64,000 bases of DNA from Mobula hypostoma (taxonomy: Eukaryota), in the NCBI RefSeq assembly GCF_963921235.1, contig NC_086121.1, forward strand, positions 23,064,001-23,128,000, in the 5' to 3' direction. The notes beneath the pieces are model-generated. The model saw only the letters and a program-made list of their open reading frames with translations. It had not been told where the DNA came from and did not search any database. The translations under genes were made by a program, and so were the position numbers. Positions 1 through 9,355 of the stretch are shown here, one piece after another; positions within the stretch are counted from its first letter, which is position 1, and every line of letters starts with the position of its first letter.

Positions 1-478
1 CTCACTCCCAAATAAGGGACAAAAGTAGCAGTCAAATCCCGGGACACTTTACCCAAGGAAAGACTACCATGACCATGAAGCCTTGCGCGGGCACCTGTCT
101 GTGCATGTGTGACGTGCCAATTTTTCTTCCCCACAAATCGGTTTTGCCTTCATCTTCCTGACTATACTGTACATACATTATTTCTACTTCATATAGGCTG
201 TGTATTTATCATATCATTCCTGCTTTTACTATATGTTACTGTTATTGATTTTCGGTTTTATGTGTTATTTGGTATGATTTGTTAGGTTACTTTTTGGGTC
301 TGGGAACGCTGAAAAAATTTTCCCATATAAATTAATGGTAATTGGTTCTTCGCTTCACGCCATTTCGGCACGAAAGGTTTCATAGGAACGCTGTACCTTA
401 GCGGGGGAAATACAGGACAAACCAATTTAGCCCGAAATACGGGATGTCCCGGCAAATACGGGACAGTTGGCAACCCTA
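1..478. mobile_element. hAT-Blackjack/MER53-MER94-like non-autonomous DNA element; right TIR ends at 478, left TIR lies just outside the window
   Basis: Ends in ...GGGACAGTTGGCAACCCTA (reverse complement TAGGGTTGCCAACTGTCCCG), the terminal motif style of MER53/MER94-type hAT MITEs. Subterminal GGGAC/GTCCC motifs recur at 16-45 and 440-465. Confidence 0.55.
160..410 (+). mobile_element. Fragment of the 3' subterminal region of a Tigger element carried inside the hAT MITE
   Basis: Visibly homologous to ~5660-5700 plus ~5850-6078 of the Tigger in this window (shared ATCATATCATTCCTGCTTTTACTATATGTTACTG, TTTTCCCATATAAAT, TTTCATAGGAACGCT.TACCTT..GCGGGGGAAA). The terminal CCTG-TA is missing. Confidence 0.75.
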
Positions 479-568
479 TGTTCAAGTTCAACAGTGCGTG
501 ACAGGGAATGAGGAAAGGTGCAGCTGACTCGTATCGTTTCCTCACGGCCCGGTGGTTGGGGACCGCTG
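479..568 (-). mobile_element. hAT-Charlie (MER1-like) element end
   Basis: Minus strand begins CAGCGGTCCCCAACCACCGGGCCG, resembling the MER1/Charlie3 TIR CAGGGGTCCCCAAC. The flanking 8-mer ATCTACAG (569-576) is close to the Charlie target consensus NTCTAGAN. Confidence 0.55.
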
Positions 569-678
569 ATCTACAGCATAGTTGCAATGAAATGGAGATA
601 GGGTGGGAAAGAGTAAATACACACACAAAAACCGACAAAGCACATACCTTAGAGCTGAGACGCACTCTGTCTCGGTCT

Positions 679-703
679 CACACACACACACACACACACA
701 CAC
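679..703. repeat. (CA)n microsatellite, ~12 units; (UG)n in the gene's pre-mRNA
   Basis: Direct reading of the sequence. Confidence 0.95.
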
Positions 704-822
704 GACGGACAAAAGGTCTGACACGGACGTGGCGTGTTAAAGGGCCCACGTGCTGGGCGCCTCTGAATTTACGGCGCGTGCGCACACACAGAATGCGGAC
801 GCAGACACACATGCGCGTGCAC

Positions 823-973
823 CTTGTAGGCTGCTGATCTCCAGCTCCTTCTGCTGACGAAACTGCAGGTACTGCTGGCTGTGGGCCTCGGCTGCCTTCC
901 TGTGTTCCAGCTGCAGGCCGCTGTGCTGGAGCTGCAGCTCTGTGAGCTGCTTCCTCACCTCGTCGTGCTGGTT
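823..973 (-). CDS. GOLIM4: GOLIM4-like gene, internal coding exon (151 nt; equivalent of human exon 5), coiled coil
   Basis: Minus strand: ctctcacAG|AACCAGCAC...CTACAAG|GTgcac. Encodes NQHDEVRKQLTELQLQHSGLQLEHRKAAEAHSQQYLQFRQQKELEISSLQ(G), aligning without gaps to human GOLIM4 SQHEELKKQHSDLEEEHRKQGEDFSRTFNDHKQKYLQLQQEKEQELSKLK(E) as recalled. Phase 0 start matches the upstream exon. May be a paralogue rather than the orthologue. Confidence 0.88.
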
Positions 974-1391
974 CTGTGAGAGCGACGGCGTGCATCAGTC
1001 CAGGGCCGCACACCTCCTCCTCACCGTCCCACAACCCCCTCACTGCACGTACAGGGAGCGCAGACGTCAGGCAACAGAGGTCAGGGGGTCTCCACAGGAC
1101 CAGTCCGTGTTTGGGGAGTGGGGGGGCCCCGAAATTTTGCTCTCGGTCAGGATGTTAACGGTGGGCCTCAGTTGAGAGTGGGTGGGAAACAGTCTGGGCA
1201 AAGCCACAGCCCTTGCTAGACAAGGAGCCAGCACGGGATCTGGCTGCTCTACGATGCCTCTGCAGAGAAGATGCAGCGATGGCAGAGAAGGAACAATCAC
1301 AGGGGAAGCGAGAGGAAGTCTCCCCTAGTTTTAGATTCTCCCACCAGCAGAAACAGCCTCAAAATAGAAGGACGTTCCTTCAGAACAGCGA

Positions 1392-1640
1392 TAAGGAGCA
1401 TTTTTTTTAAGCTAAAAGGTGGTGAATTTGTGAAGTTCATTGTCACAGGCGGCTGTAGAGGCCAAGTCACTGGATATATTTACAGCAGAGGTTAGTAGGT
1501 TCTTGATTATTCAGGGTGTCAAAAGGTTATGGAGAGAAGGCAGGAGAATGGGGTTGAGAGGGATAATAAATCAGCCATGATGGAATGATAGAGCAGACTC
1601 AATGGGTCGAGTGGTCTAATTCTGCATCAATGGCTTACGG
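1392..1640 (+). mobile_element. CR1-type LINE 3' end (ORF2 C-terminus plus 3'UTR)
   Basis: Degenerate VVNL.NSL.QAAVEAKSLDIF.AEV.RFL..GVKGYGEKAGEWG motif, then the typical 3'UTR (TCAGCCATGATGGAATG...GACTCAATGGGTCGAGTGGTCTAATTCTG). Confidence 0.85.
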
Positions 1641-2044
1641 TAAGGACAAGAGCACGAAATTACAGTGAAAATCATCAGCGAGCAAGAAAACCCGTGAGCT
1701 GGTGACAAGAGAGACACTGACTAGAGGGTCTTCTGATGGTGCCGTGAGACTGCTGAATTGTCCCACTGTCTGTCCCCACCAGTTCGCCCTTCAACAACAG
1801 GTAACAGGCAACTGGGCCTGCAGAATAGCATCAGCTAAAAGGCCAGACATTTTGAATCGAGCCCAGGCTGCAGCGATGCGAGTGCCCGGAGTCTGCGACT
1901 CTCATCGGCTCTCCATTTATTGGGAACTGGACTGTGACTGCCCAACTCCTCCCAACATTAATAACTTAAAGAAAGACTAACTACCTCCCCCCCGCAATCT
2001 CATGAGGAGCCACTGCTGGTTCCTGTACCGGCAGCCATACCCAC

Positions 2045-2098
2045 CTTCAGGATCTTGTGCTGGGAACTGAGAGCGCCGTATCGATTCATGGCATCTTG
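2045..2098 (-). CDS. GOLIM4: GOLIM4-like gene, 54-nt coding exon (equivalent of human exon 4)
   Basis: ttttcttgcAG|CAAGATGCC...CTGAAG|GTgggt. Encodes QDAMNRYGALSSQHKILK versus human QDSNSRYSALNVQHQMLK (recalled). Phase 0/0 splices in frame to both neighbouring exons. Confidence 0.92.
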
Positions 2099-2689
2099 CT
2101 GCAAGAAAATCACACCAGAGTAGATTAGCCAATGCTCAAGGCACAGAGGGGCTGAACACACGGGCCGGGGGTCAGGTGCAACTGCATAAAATGGGCAACC
2201 CACCTCAAAGATGCACACACACTCTCAGTACCTCTCCCTCATGCAGTCCCAGCCTGGACCTGCAGCTAACTATGCCAGCCCAGTTCCTCCACCCCGCTAA
2301 AACCAGTGCAATCCCAAAACAGTATTCCGGCCCCCACCGCAGGAACAGCTTCCATCCCAATCCAATTGCAGTACTGCAGCCCCAAACCCAATGGTATTTC
2401 TTTATTCCATCTTCCAATCCATTCAGTGATACTCTCTGGTCCTTCAACCACATAGAGCCCAGAGTATTTTGGGAGCCAATCATTTAGAGCTAATTAAGTT
2501 GTTCTGGGGGAACCCTATGACTTCTGGATACATCTGGATCAGTGGGAGCATGAATGAAAAGAAGGGACTGGATCCAAGAGGTCTTGGTTTACTTAGTGTT
2601 AATTCTGTTCCCTGGGTGACAGAAAGGTTCCTGTTGGGAATGTTTTTCTTGTACTGGGATAACATATTCCACAAGAATAAAGGCAATTA

Positions 2690-3050
2690 ATATCATAGAC
2701 CATAAAACCATACACATCATCATCGTCATCATCATGTGCTGTGCCATATGACATCATCATCATGAGCCATGCCATATGACATCATCATCATGTGCCGTGT
2801 CATATGACGTGGATGATCACGGTCTTTCCATGACCATGATTGTTCTTGGCATATTTTTCTACAGAAGTGGTTTGCCATTGCCTTCTTCTGGGCAGTGTCT
2901 TTACCAGATGGGTGGCCCCAGCTATTATCAATACTCTTCAGAGATTGTCTGCCTGGCGTCAGTGGTCGCATCAGCAGGACTTGTGTTATGCACCCACTGC
3001 TCATATAACCATCCACCACCTGCTCCCATGGCTTCACATGACCCTGAATG
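2690..3050 (-). mobile_element. SINE-like retroposon with RTE-type 3' region and (GAT)n tail
   Basis: Minus strand contains GAAGAAGGCAATGGCAAACCACTTC, similar to the Bov-A/RTE-associated SINE motif GGAGAAGGCAATGGCAACCCACTCC, and ends in ATGATGATG repeats. Confidence 0.6.
2724..2807. repeat. Three tandem 28-bp units (CATCATCATCATGTGC.GTGCCATATGA) at the SINE 3' end
   Basis: Units at 2724-2751, 2752-2779 and 2780-2807, read directly. Confidence 0.85.
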
Positions 3051-3140
3051 AGTGCTACACCTTGCCCAAGGGTGACCTGCAGCCTAGTGGCTTACATCTC
3101 CTTTGGTAGAGGCATATCTCCACCCTGCCACCAGACCGTA

Positions 3141-3735
3141 ACATGTAGGAGAAGAGTAAGGCTATTTGATCCTGGGTGATTGATCATCTCTCTCAAACCC
3201 ACTCTCCTGCCTTTTCTCCATAACCTTTGATGCTTTTACTAACCAAGAACATATCAACCTCCACTTTAAACATACCCAATGACTTTGCCTCCACAGCTGT
3301 CTAAGGCAATGAAATTCCTTCCCATCTCTGTTCTAAAGGGATGTTCTTCTATTCTGAGACTGTGCCCTCTAGTCCTAGACACTTCCACTACTGGAAATAT
3401 CCTCTCCATGTCCACTCCATCCAGCCCTTTCAAGATTTGGTAGGTTTCAATGAGACCCCTTGTCATCCTTCTAAACTCCAGCGAGCACAGGCCCTGGGCC
3501 ATCAAACGCTCCTTATTTGATAATCATTCTGTCCCTGGGATCATTTTCATAAACGCCTTCAGGGCCATCTCCAATGCTAGCACATCCTTTCTTAGATACG
3601 GGGCCTAAAACTACCTGCAAAGTTCTAAATGTGGTCGGACCATCACCTTATAAAAGTCCGGCATTACATCCTTGCTTTTATATTCTAGTCCTCTTTAAAT
3701 GAAACGCTAACATCGCATTTTTGGCCTTGTACTCC
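3141..3735 (-). mobile_element. CR1-type LINE 3' fragment, degenerate; contains a single-copy homologue of the 61-bp satellite unit at 3361-3421
   Basis: ORF track gives GLCSLEFRRMTRGLIETYQILKGLDGVDMERIFPVVEVSRTRGHSLRIEEHPFRTEMGRNF, the CR1 ORF2 C-terminus. 3361-3421 matches the satellite consensus at ~51/61 positions (counted by eye). Confidence 0.9.
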
Positions 3736-3808
3736 TTGGCATCTATCCAAAAAAATAACATAATCAGCTTTGGCAGACAAACTACGTGGTCAAGCACTGA
3801 TGGAGCAT

Positions 3809-4078
3809 CATAAGAACCTAAGAAATAGGAGCAGCAGTAGGCCATCCGGCCCATCGAACCTGCCCCGCCATTCAGTAAGATCATGGCTGATCTGTCCGTA
3901 AACTGAGCTCCATCTACCTGCCTTTTCCCCATAACCCTTAATTCCCTTACTATGTAAAAATCTATCTAACTGTTTCTTAAATATATTTAGTGAAGAAGCC
4001 TCAACTGCTTCCCTGGCAGAGAATTCCACAGATTCACCACTCTCTGGGAAAAACAGTTTCTCCTCATCTCCGTCCTAA
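3809..4078 (-). mobile_element. 5'-truncated CR1-type LINE/SINE 3' end with (TTCTTATG)-like tail
   Basis: REAVEASSLNIFKKQLDRFLHSKGIKGYGEKAG motif, intact 3'UTR, tail read on the plus strand as CATAAGAACCTAAGAA. Confidence 0.88.
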
Positions 4079-4349
4079 GGAACCAGTGTCCTAACTGGGT
4101 TTAAACGCTGGCCACACAGCAGCTGCGTTACTTGACGAGTAACCAGTTGACCGACAGTCCAGACTATACCTTTCAAATTCCATGCCCTACAAGTAGGGAA
4201 CTTAAGCTGAGCATGGAAATGAAAATGTAATGTCAGGTAATAACTGAAGCTGTCATGTAATCATAAAACTCATCGTCCTTTCGGAAAAGAAGTTCCTCAT
4301 CTTGGCTTCTGTACAGTTCCAAAGACGTGGCAATATGTTTGATTTACAA

Positions 4350-4470
4350 CTCGTCATCGTCGTGGCTATCCCTCGAAGTCGAGGATGATGGTCTTCGTTC
4401 CGTCGACCTATTTATGGGCTCTCAAGTGGCAATCTTGGCTTTGAAAGTTCTTCCGCATTCGGGACAGGTA
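4350..4470 (-). mobile_element. RTE-clade LINE, extreme 3' end (left piece, split by the Tigger)
   Basis: Minus strand TCPECGRTFKAKI, then a shifted frame HLRAHK* (C2H2-like end of RTE ORF), followed by a (GAC/GAT)n tail at ~4350-4363. Confidence 0.75.
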
Positions 4471-6080
4471 CAGGTGTCCCCCACTTTTCCAATGTTCGCT
4501 TTACGAAACCTGTTACGAAAGACCTACACTAGTACCCTGTTTTCGCTTTCAGAAGGTGTTTTCACTGTTATGAAAAAAATCAGCGCACGATAAAAAAATC
4601 AGTGCGTGAAAAAATTAGCGCGCAATAAAAGGCAGCGCGCGCCCCGAGCAGCCGCTCTCCCCCGGATTCGGAACGGCATTGCTGAAACACGTTGCATTGA
4701 GCAGCCGTTTGCAAGATGAGTTCTGAGGTGTTGGAAAAGCCTGGAAGAGCTCGTAAGGGTGTTACATTTAGCGTAAAACTAGACATAGTGTTGATCGTGG
4801 TGAACGAAGTAAGGACAAAGTGAGTTTGACTTGTGGAAGCTGATGAAGATGATGTTGAAGAGGTTTTGGCATCCCATGAGCAAGAACTGATAGATGAAGA
4901 GCTGATGCAATTGGAAGAGGAAAGGATAACAATCGAAACCGAATGCAGTAGCGAAATGAACGTGAAGCCACTGCGTGAGATTTTCGCTGCAATGATAAAG
5001 TATGACTTTAATTTTGAAAGGGTACGTCGGTTTAGGGGATATTTACAAGGTGGTTTGAGTCCTTACAAAGAACTATATGATAGAAAAATGCGCGAGGCTC
5101 AGCAGTCAAGCAAGCCTTCCACATCAGCCACAGCAGACGACGAACCTCGACCTTCGACATCGAGGCGGGCAGTCATAGGAGAAGATGAGCTGCCTGCTGT
5201 AATGGAAACAGACGACGAGATGACACCCCAATGTCCCACCACCCCAACACTCAGGCCGCGGACAGATACTGTACCGATTCACGGAGAATGCAGCAGTAGC
5301 CAGGCGACACACAGCACATCTTTAAGAAAAAAGCCGAAATAAACATTCTAATTAAATAGGCGCCGCCCCACATTTAAATATCAGCCTAGATAAGAGGCGA
5401 AGCAATCGGCAATCGGCACTGATCTGGGCCGACAATTACGTGTCGGGCGGCACCGAATTAATTAGCATGTTTATTTCGGCTTTTTTCTCAAAGATGTGCT
5501 GGGTGCGTCCCGGCTACTGCTGGACCCCTGCGTGCTTCGCGGCAATGTATCGGTTGGTGGCCTGGAGGGTGGGGGCCACTGCACCACCCAGCCTGCGACG
5601 ACTCAGCCTAACACACCATCATCAGTGTGCTCGCTGTCTTCCCGATTCCCGTAAGTGATACTACACTGTACATACACTATTTCTACTTTATATCGGCTGC
5701 GTATTTTTACGTGTTACTTGGTATGATTTGGCAGCTTCATAGCTTAAAGGTTACTGGACAGCGGTTGCGCGAGATTTTCTGCCAAGAGTGCTTGCATGAG
5801 ATTTTCGCTACGGAGAACAGTGCAGTAATGATTGTGGAAAAGTATTTCTACTTTATATAGTCTGTGTATTAATCATATCATTCCTGCTTTTACTATATGT
5901 TACTGCTATTTTAGGTTTTATGTGTTATTTGGCATGATTTGGTAGGTTATTTTTGGGTCTGCGAATGCTCACAAAATTTTCCCATATAAATAAATGGTAA
6001 TTGCTTCTTTGCGTTATGACATTTCAGCTTACGAACCGTTTCATAGGAACGCTCTACCTTCGGATGGCGGGGGAAACCTG
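4471..6080 (+). mobile_element. Tigger (Tc1/mariner-pogo) internally deleted, non-autonomous transposon, 1610 bp
   Basis: TA target duplication at 4469-4470 and 6081-6082. TIRs CAGGTGTCCCCC / GGGGGAAACCTG (11 of 12 match). Transposase N- and C-terminal remnants inside. Confidence 0.88.
4716..5342 (+). pseudogene. Tigger transposase remnant: N-terminal HTH start fused to the acidic C-terminus, DDE domain absent
   Basis: ATG at 4716 gives MSSEVLEKPGRARKGVTFSVKLDIV, then after a frameshift DRGERSKD (CENP-B/psq HTH-like). ORF 4833-5342 EADEDDVEEVLASHEQELIDEELMQLEEE...KYDFNFER...YKELYDRK matches typical Tigger C-termini. Confidence 0.8.
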
Positions 6081-6362
6081 TAGTTCCAGATGGCAGATCA
6101 GGCTTCAGTTGTCGCTGCCTCTCTTTCCATTTTCTCTTTTCTTCTAATTCTGCACATCCGTTGGCTTCGAAAGTTGCTGTTCCTTCTCGGATGATGGCTT
6201 ACCAGAGTTTCCCGTCCTTGGCATTGGTTTCCCAATTGTTGATGTCGATGTTACATTTCTTCATGTTGGCTTTTAATACATCTTTGAATCTCTTCTGTTG
6301 TCTGCCTTTAACTACCTCTGGAGTGTCTGGCTCAGGCAGGAACGGACTGAAGTATTGCTTAG
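6081..6362 (-). mobile_element. RTE-clade LINE ORF C-terminal fragment (right piece, split by the Tigger)
   Basis: Minus strand KGRQQKRFKDVLKANMKKCNIDINNWETNAKDGKLW*AIIREG...PDLPSGT, which joins in frame to TCPECGR at 4470 once the Tigger and one TA are removed. Confidence 0.82.
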
Positions 6363-7071
6363 AAACAGACAGTAACAACCAGTGACAAGCACATCACACA
6401 GAGAACAAAACAGAAATCAATAATCCCAGTTCGGGTAACATCAAATCTTCACCGTTTTGAATTGCGGTTAGTTTTCAACAGGCCGGGGATCAGAATCCCT
6501 GGACATTTCCTCCAAGGGCCTGGATATATCCCTTCCTGCTCCAGGGAGTGCACTGGACTGCAGCCAAGCAGCTTTTAATGTGACTGCTCTGAAGGAACAA
6601 TTGAGTCTTCCTAAAATAGAAGTTACTTCAGTGAGACGCGGGAGAGCGAGCGGGGAGCTGGCAGTCGATGGGAACGGAAGGGAGCTTGTAAAGTTCTGGA
6701 GAGCCGATGAAATGCCCTCCAGGTCGGGGGGGGGCGCGGGCAGCTACCCTGAGGTCAGGTTACCACACGGGCCCTCGACAGACGGTCAATAAACTCCACC
6801 GTTCAAGTAAACAAGCCCTCGCCGGCACTGCAGAGAGAGAGAGGCAGACTCGCAATTACACAGCGCCTTTCAAGACACAAAGTACTTCACAGTCACTGAA
6901 ATAACCATTTGATGTAAGTCTCTGTGTGGGAAATGCAGCAGTCGATCTGCACATATAAATTCTCAGTCTGGAATAATCAATCAAGCAAGGCACTGAGCAT
7001 GCCTTCCCTGACCGTCTCAACCCCGGTCCTGTCTTCAATCTCAAGTGGCTATATCAGCCCTCAGGACACTT

Positions 7072-7175
7072 GGTATCATCTGAAAGGTGGCACCTCTGGC
7101 AGTGTAGTCCTCTCTTGGTACTGAGCTGGCACAGCAGCCCAGCCTTTTGTTCCCAAGTCTCTGGTGAGGGTCTCC
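7072..7175 (-). mobile_element. Degenerate DeuSINE (SacSINE1/AmnSINE1-like) Deu-domain fragment
   Basis: GAAAGGTGGCACCTCTGGCAGTGTAGTCCTCTCTTGGTACTG...CAAGTCTCTGG resembles the recalled reverse complement of the Deu domain (GAAAGACGGCACCTCCGACAGTGCAGCACTCCCTCAGTACTG...CAAGTCTCTGG). Confidence 0.5.
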
Positions 7176-7409
7176 TCCCACCAAGTAGTTCAATAGTTAA
7201 CGGTGGGCTTCAGACACGCCACCTGAAATTCCTCCTACGGTTTGGCCGGATCTAAAACACCAACCCAACGTCCACCCAGCTCTGCCTCTGTAGCAAGTGG
7301 ATGTCAAAGGCACAGAGCGGATAAAGCAAACACTTCACAAACTGGAATGAAAGCACAACCGGGAGGCCAAATAAAATAAACAACAGCACAAGGACAGGAT
7401 TAGGATGAT

Positions 7410-7690
7410 GCCACCTAGTCCTTCAAGTCCGAACATGGTTGATTTGCCTCAAGTTTCAACTCCTCTTGCCCCAGTTCTTCAAGGCCCTCAAGTCTCCAAT
7501 ATTTCAAATATTTATCTCCCTCCTCTTTAACTAGCCCCAGTCATCCAGCCTCCACTAATACCTCAGGTAGAGAATTCCAGAGATTCACCATCCTCTGTGA
7601 GACAGTTTCTAACCAGCTCAATTTTAGATGACCACCTCCTAATCTTGTCACCATGTCCCCTTGTTCGAGGCTCTCCCACTGGTGTAAACA
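7410..7690 (-). mobile_element. Old CR1 LINE 3' fragment
   Basis: GAATTCCAGAGATTCACCATCCTCTG and CATGTCCCCTTGTTCGAGGCTCTCCCAC correspond to the RVVNLWNS and GESRTRGH motifs. Confidence 0.65.
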
Positions 7691-7699
7691 GACCCACAG

Positions 7700-8494
7700 C
7701 TGCTCTACCGTTCTCCCTTAAGATTTCAGTTTTATCACCCCTTGTTCACATGCATCACCCTGACCGTCCGGGGACTGGAACGGGGAAGTAGGGGGAACAG
7801 ATACCAGAGTGAGGAGGCGGGAGAAGCAGGAGCTGGCGGGTGATGGGTGAGTCGAGGGCAAAGCCAAAGGTTGAAGTCCAGAGCTCAGCGAGAACGGAGT
7901 TAGAGGTCTGGAGGGCGAAGCCTCTGGGTCAGCTGGTCCAGAGGTAAAGGCCGAAAGGTCCAAGCCCCTGGGTCAGTTTGTATGGTCAGAGGCCTAAAAG
8001 CCCAGGCCCGTGGGTCAGCTTGTAAAGAGGTCAGAGGCCCAAAGGCCCAGGCCCCTGGGTCAGTTTGTACAGAGGTCAGAAGCCCAAAGGCCCAGGCCCC
8101 TGGGTCAGCTTGTACGGTCAGAGGCTCAAAGGCCCTAGCCCCTGCCAGGGTCAGCTGGTCCAGAGGTCAGAGTGCTGATATTTCCAAGTCTGCGAGTCCA
8201 AACAGTGTCTGGAGTCTGGAGGCCCAGAGGAGGCTTTTCCTGAGGCTGGAGGCCTGTCTGTGTGTGAGTGGGTGGGAAAGGAGTTTGATTGCTGCTGTTG
8301 TCTTCTTTTTGTGTTGTCGTTCCTGCTTGCGTTGTTCGGCCGCACGTTGCAGGCATGCTACGTTGGTGCCAGAGGGTGTTGCAACGTTTGCGGGCTACCC
8401 CCAGCACACCTTTGGGTGTGTTGGTTGTTAACGCAAACGACACGTTTCACCGTGGCTTTCGATAGACATGCGACAAATAAATCAGAATCTGAAT
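7700..8494 (+). mobile_element. Retroposon-like repeat with L2-type 3' end (AATAAA plus (AATCTG)n-like tail); 5' boundary uncertain
   Basis: Ends ...GACACGTTTCACCGTGGCTTTCGATAGACATGCGACAAATAAATCAGAATCTGAAT. Lies between two collinear CR1 pieces. Confidence 0.45.
7915..8170. repeat. 45-bp minisatellite, ~5-6 diverged copies (GAGGTCAGAGGCCCAAAGGCCCAGGCCCCTGGGTCAGCTTGTACA)
   Basis: Unit-start GGTCAG at 7984, 8029, 8074 (45-bp spacing) and 8116. Confidence 0.85.
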
Positions 8495-8504
8495 TCTTCG
8501 AACA

Positions 8505-8895
8505 ATGCTTTCATGAAAGGACAACCCTCCCATCTTATGACTTAGCCTACTGAATCTCTTCTGGACTGCTTCCAAGACTACCATATCCTTTCTTAGATAA
8601 GAGGATCCAAACTGCACGCAGTGCAGATGCAGCCTCACCAATACCCCGTATATTTGTAACAATATTTCTCTGTTGTTAAACTCCAGTCCCCGGCAATAAT
8701 GCCATTTGTCTTCTTAATTTCGTGCCACATCTGCACACTAATGTTTTGTGCATCATCAACATCAATGCCCAGATCGCTCATCTGCCGTCCCTGTCCAGAC
8801 TCTTTCTGAACCCTCACACCTGCTTTTTGATTCCTTCCACGGAGGCCGCTGACCTCGCACTTCCCCACACCAGAAGTCTCCAGCAAGGGTGTAAA
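8505..8895 (-). mobile_element. Old CR1 LINE ORF2 fragment (post-RT region)
   Basis: LQIYGVLVRLHLHCVQFGSSYLRKDMVVLEAVQKRFSRL and KCEV...RNQKA...SDLG...KKTNGIIA match CR1 ORF2 motifs [24 protein letters not shown] / KKANGML. Confidence 0.82.
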
Positions 8896-9177
8896 ATTCG
8901 GGGTGGCAGGGGAGTGAGACACACCTCACCCACCCGACTCCTCTCCCAGTTAACCGCTCACAGCGAATCTCACATCCAGGAAGGTCTTGCAGAACTCACA
9001 TCACTGTATGCAAAGCCGTAACAGTGAGGATGAAAAGACAAGGAGAGAAGATCAGATTAATCAAGGTCAGTGGTTAGGCGGTAAAGGATTTGCATCTTTA
9101 AACAGGAAGGCTTTGAAAGGAGATGAGTTTCAGCTTCGAGATGAAGAGGTACATTTATAAATAAAATGGGAACTCAC

Positions 9178-9227
9178 CTTCTCTTTGTTCAATGACTCTT
9201 GAGCTTCTAATTTATACACTAGAAAAT
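9178..9227 (-). CDS. GOLIM4: GOLIM4-like gene, 50-nt coding exon (equivalent of human exon 3)
   Basis: ttcctgtctctgcAG|ATTTTCTAGTG...GAGAAG|GTgagt. Encodes (D)FLVYKLEAQESLNKEK versus human DFLVYKLEAQETLNKGR (recalled). Phase 1/0. Confidence 0.93.
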
Positions 9228-9355
9228 CTGCAGAGACAGGAAAGGAAATGGAAATGAATTAACAATCATCAGGAACAGATGAATGCTTTTAATACTTTAA
9301 GCATTAGGCAGTCATCAATATCTCCATCAGACTACAAGGTACAGCAGCAGGCATA

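Noticed and set aside
1-822. Next GOLIM4-like exon (TVYNLREE-equivalent)
   Set aside because: Not found. This region is transposon-derived, so the exon is presumably before position 1.
678-1043. 121-aa minus ORF and overlapping ORFs 508-837, 737-958
   Set aside because: They overlap the real 151-nt exon in wrong frames or run through its splice sites into microsatellite sequence.
1702-2690. Several 60-100 aa ORFs around exon 4
   Set aside because: No recognisable domains or consistent splice phases; ordinary intron sequence.
4461-4480. Near-palindrome GGGACAGGTA|CAGGTGTCCC at the Tigger insertion site suggesting TIR-guided targeting
   Set aside because: A single short instance, and the flank is explained by RTE codons (TCP). 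Likely chance.
4833-5342. 169-aa acidic ORF as a host or domesticated gene
   Set aside because: It lies within a TIR/TA-bounded Tigger, lacks HTH and DDE domains in frame, and starts at GTG. Treated as a transposase remnant.
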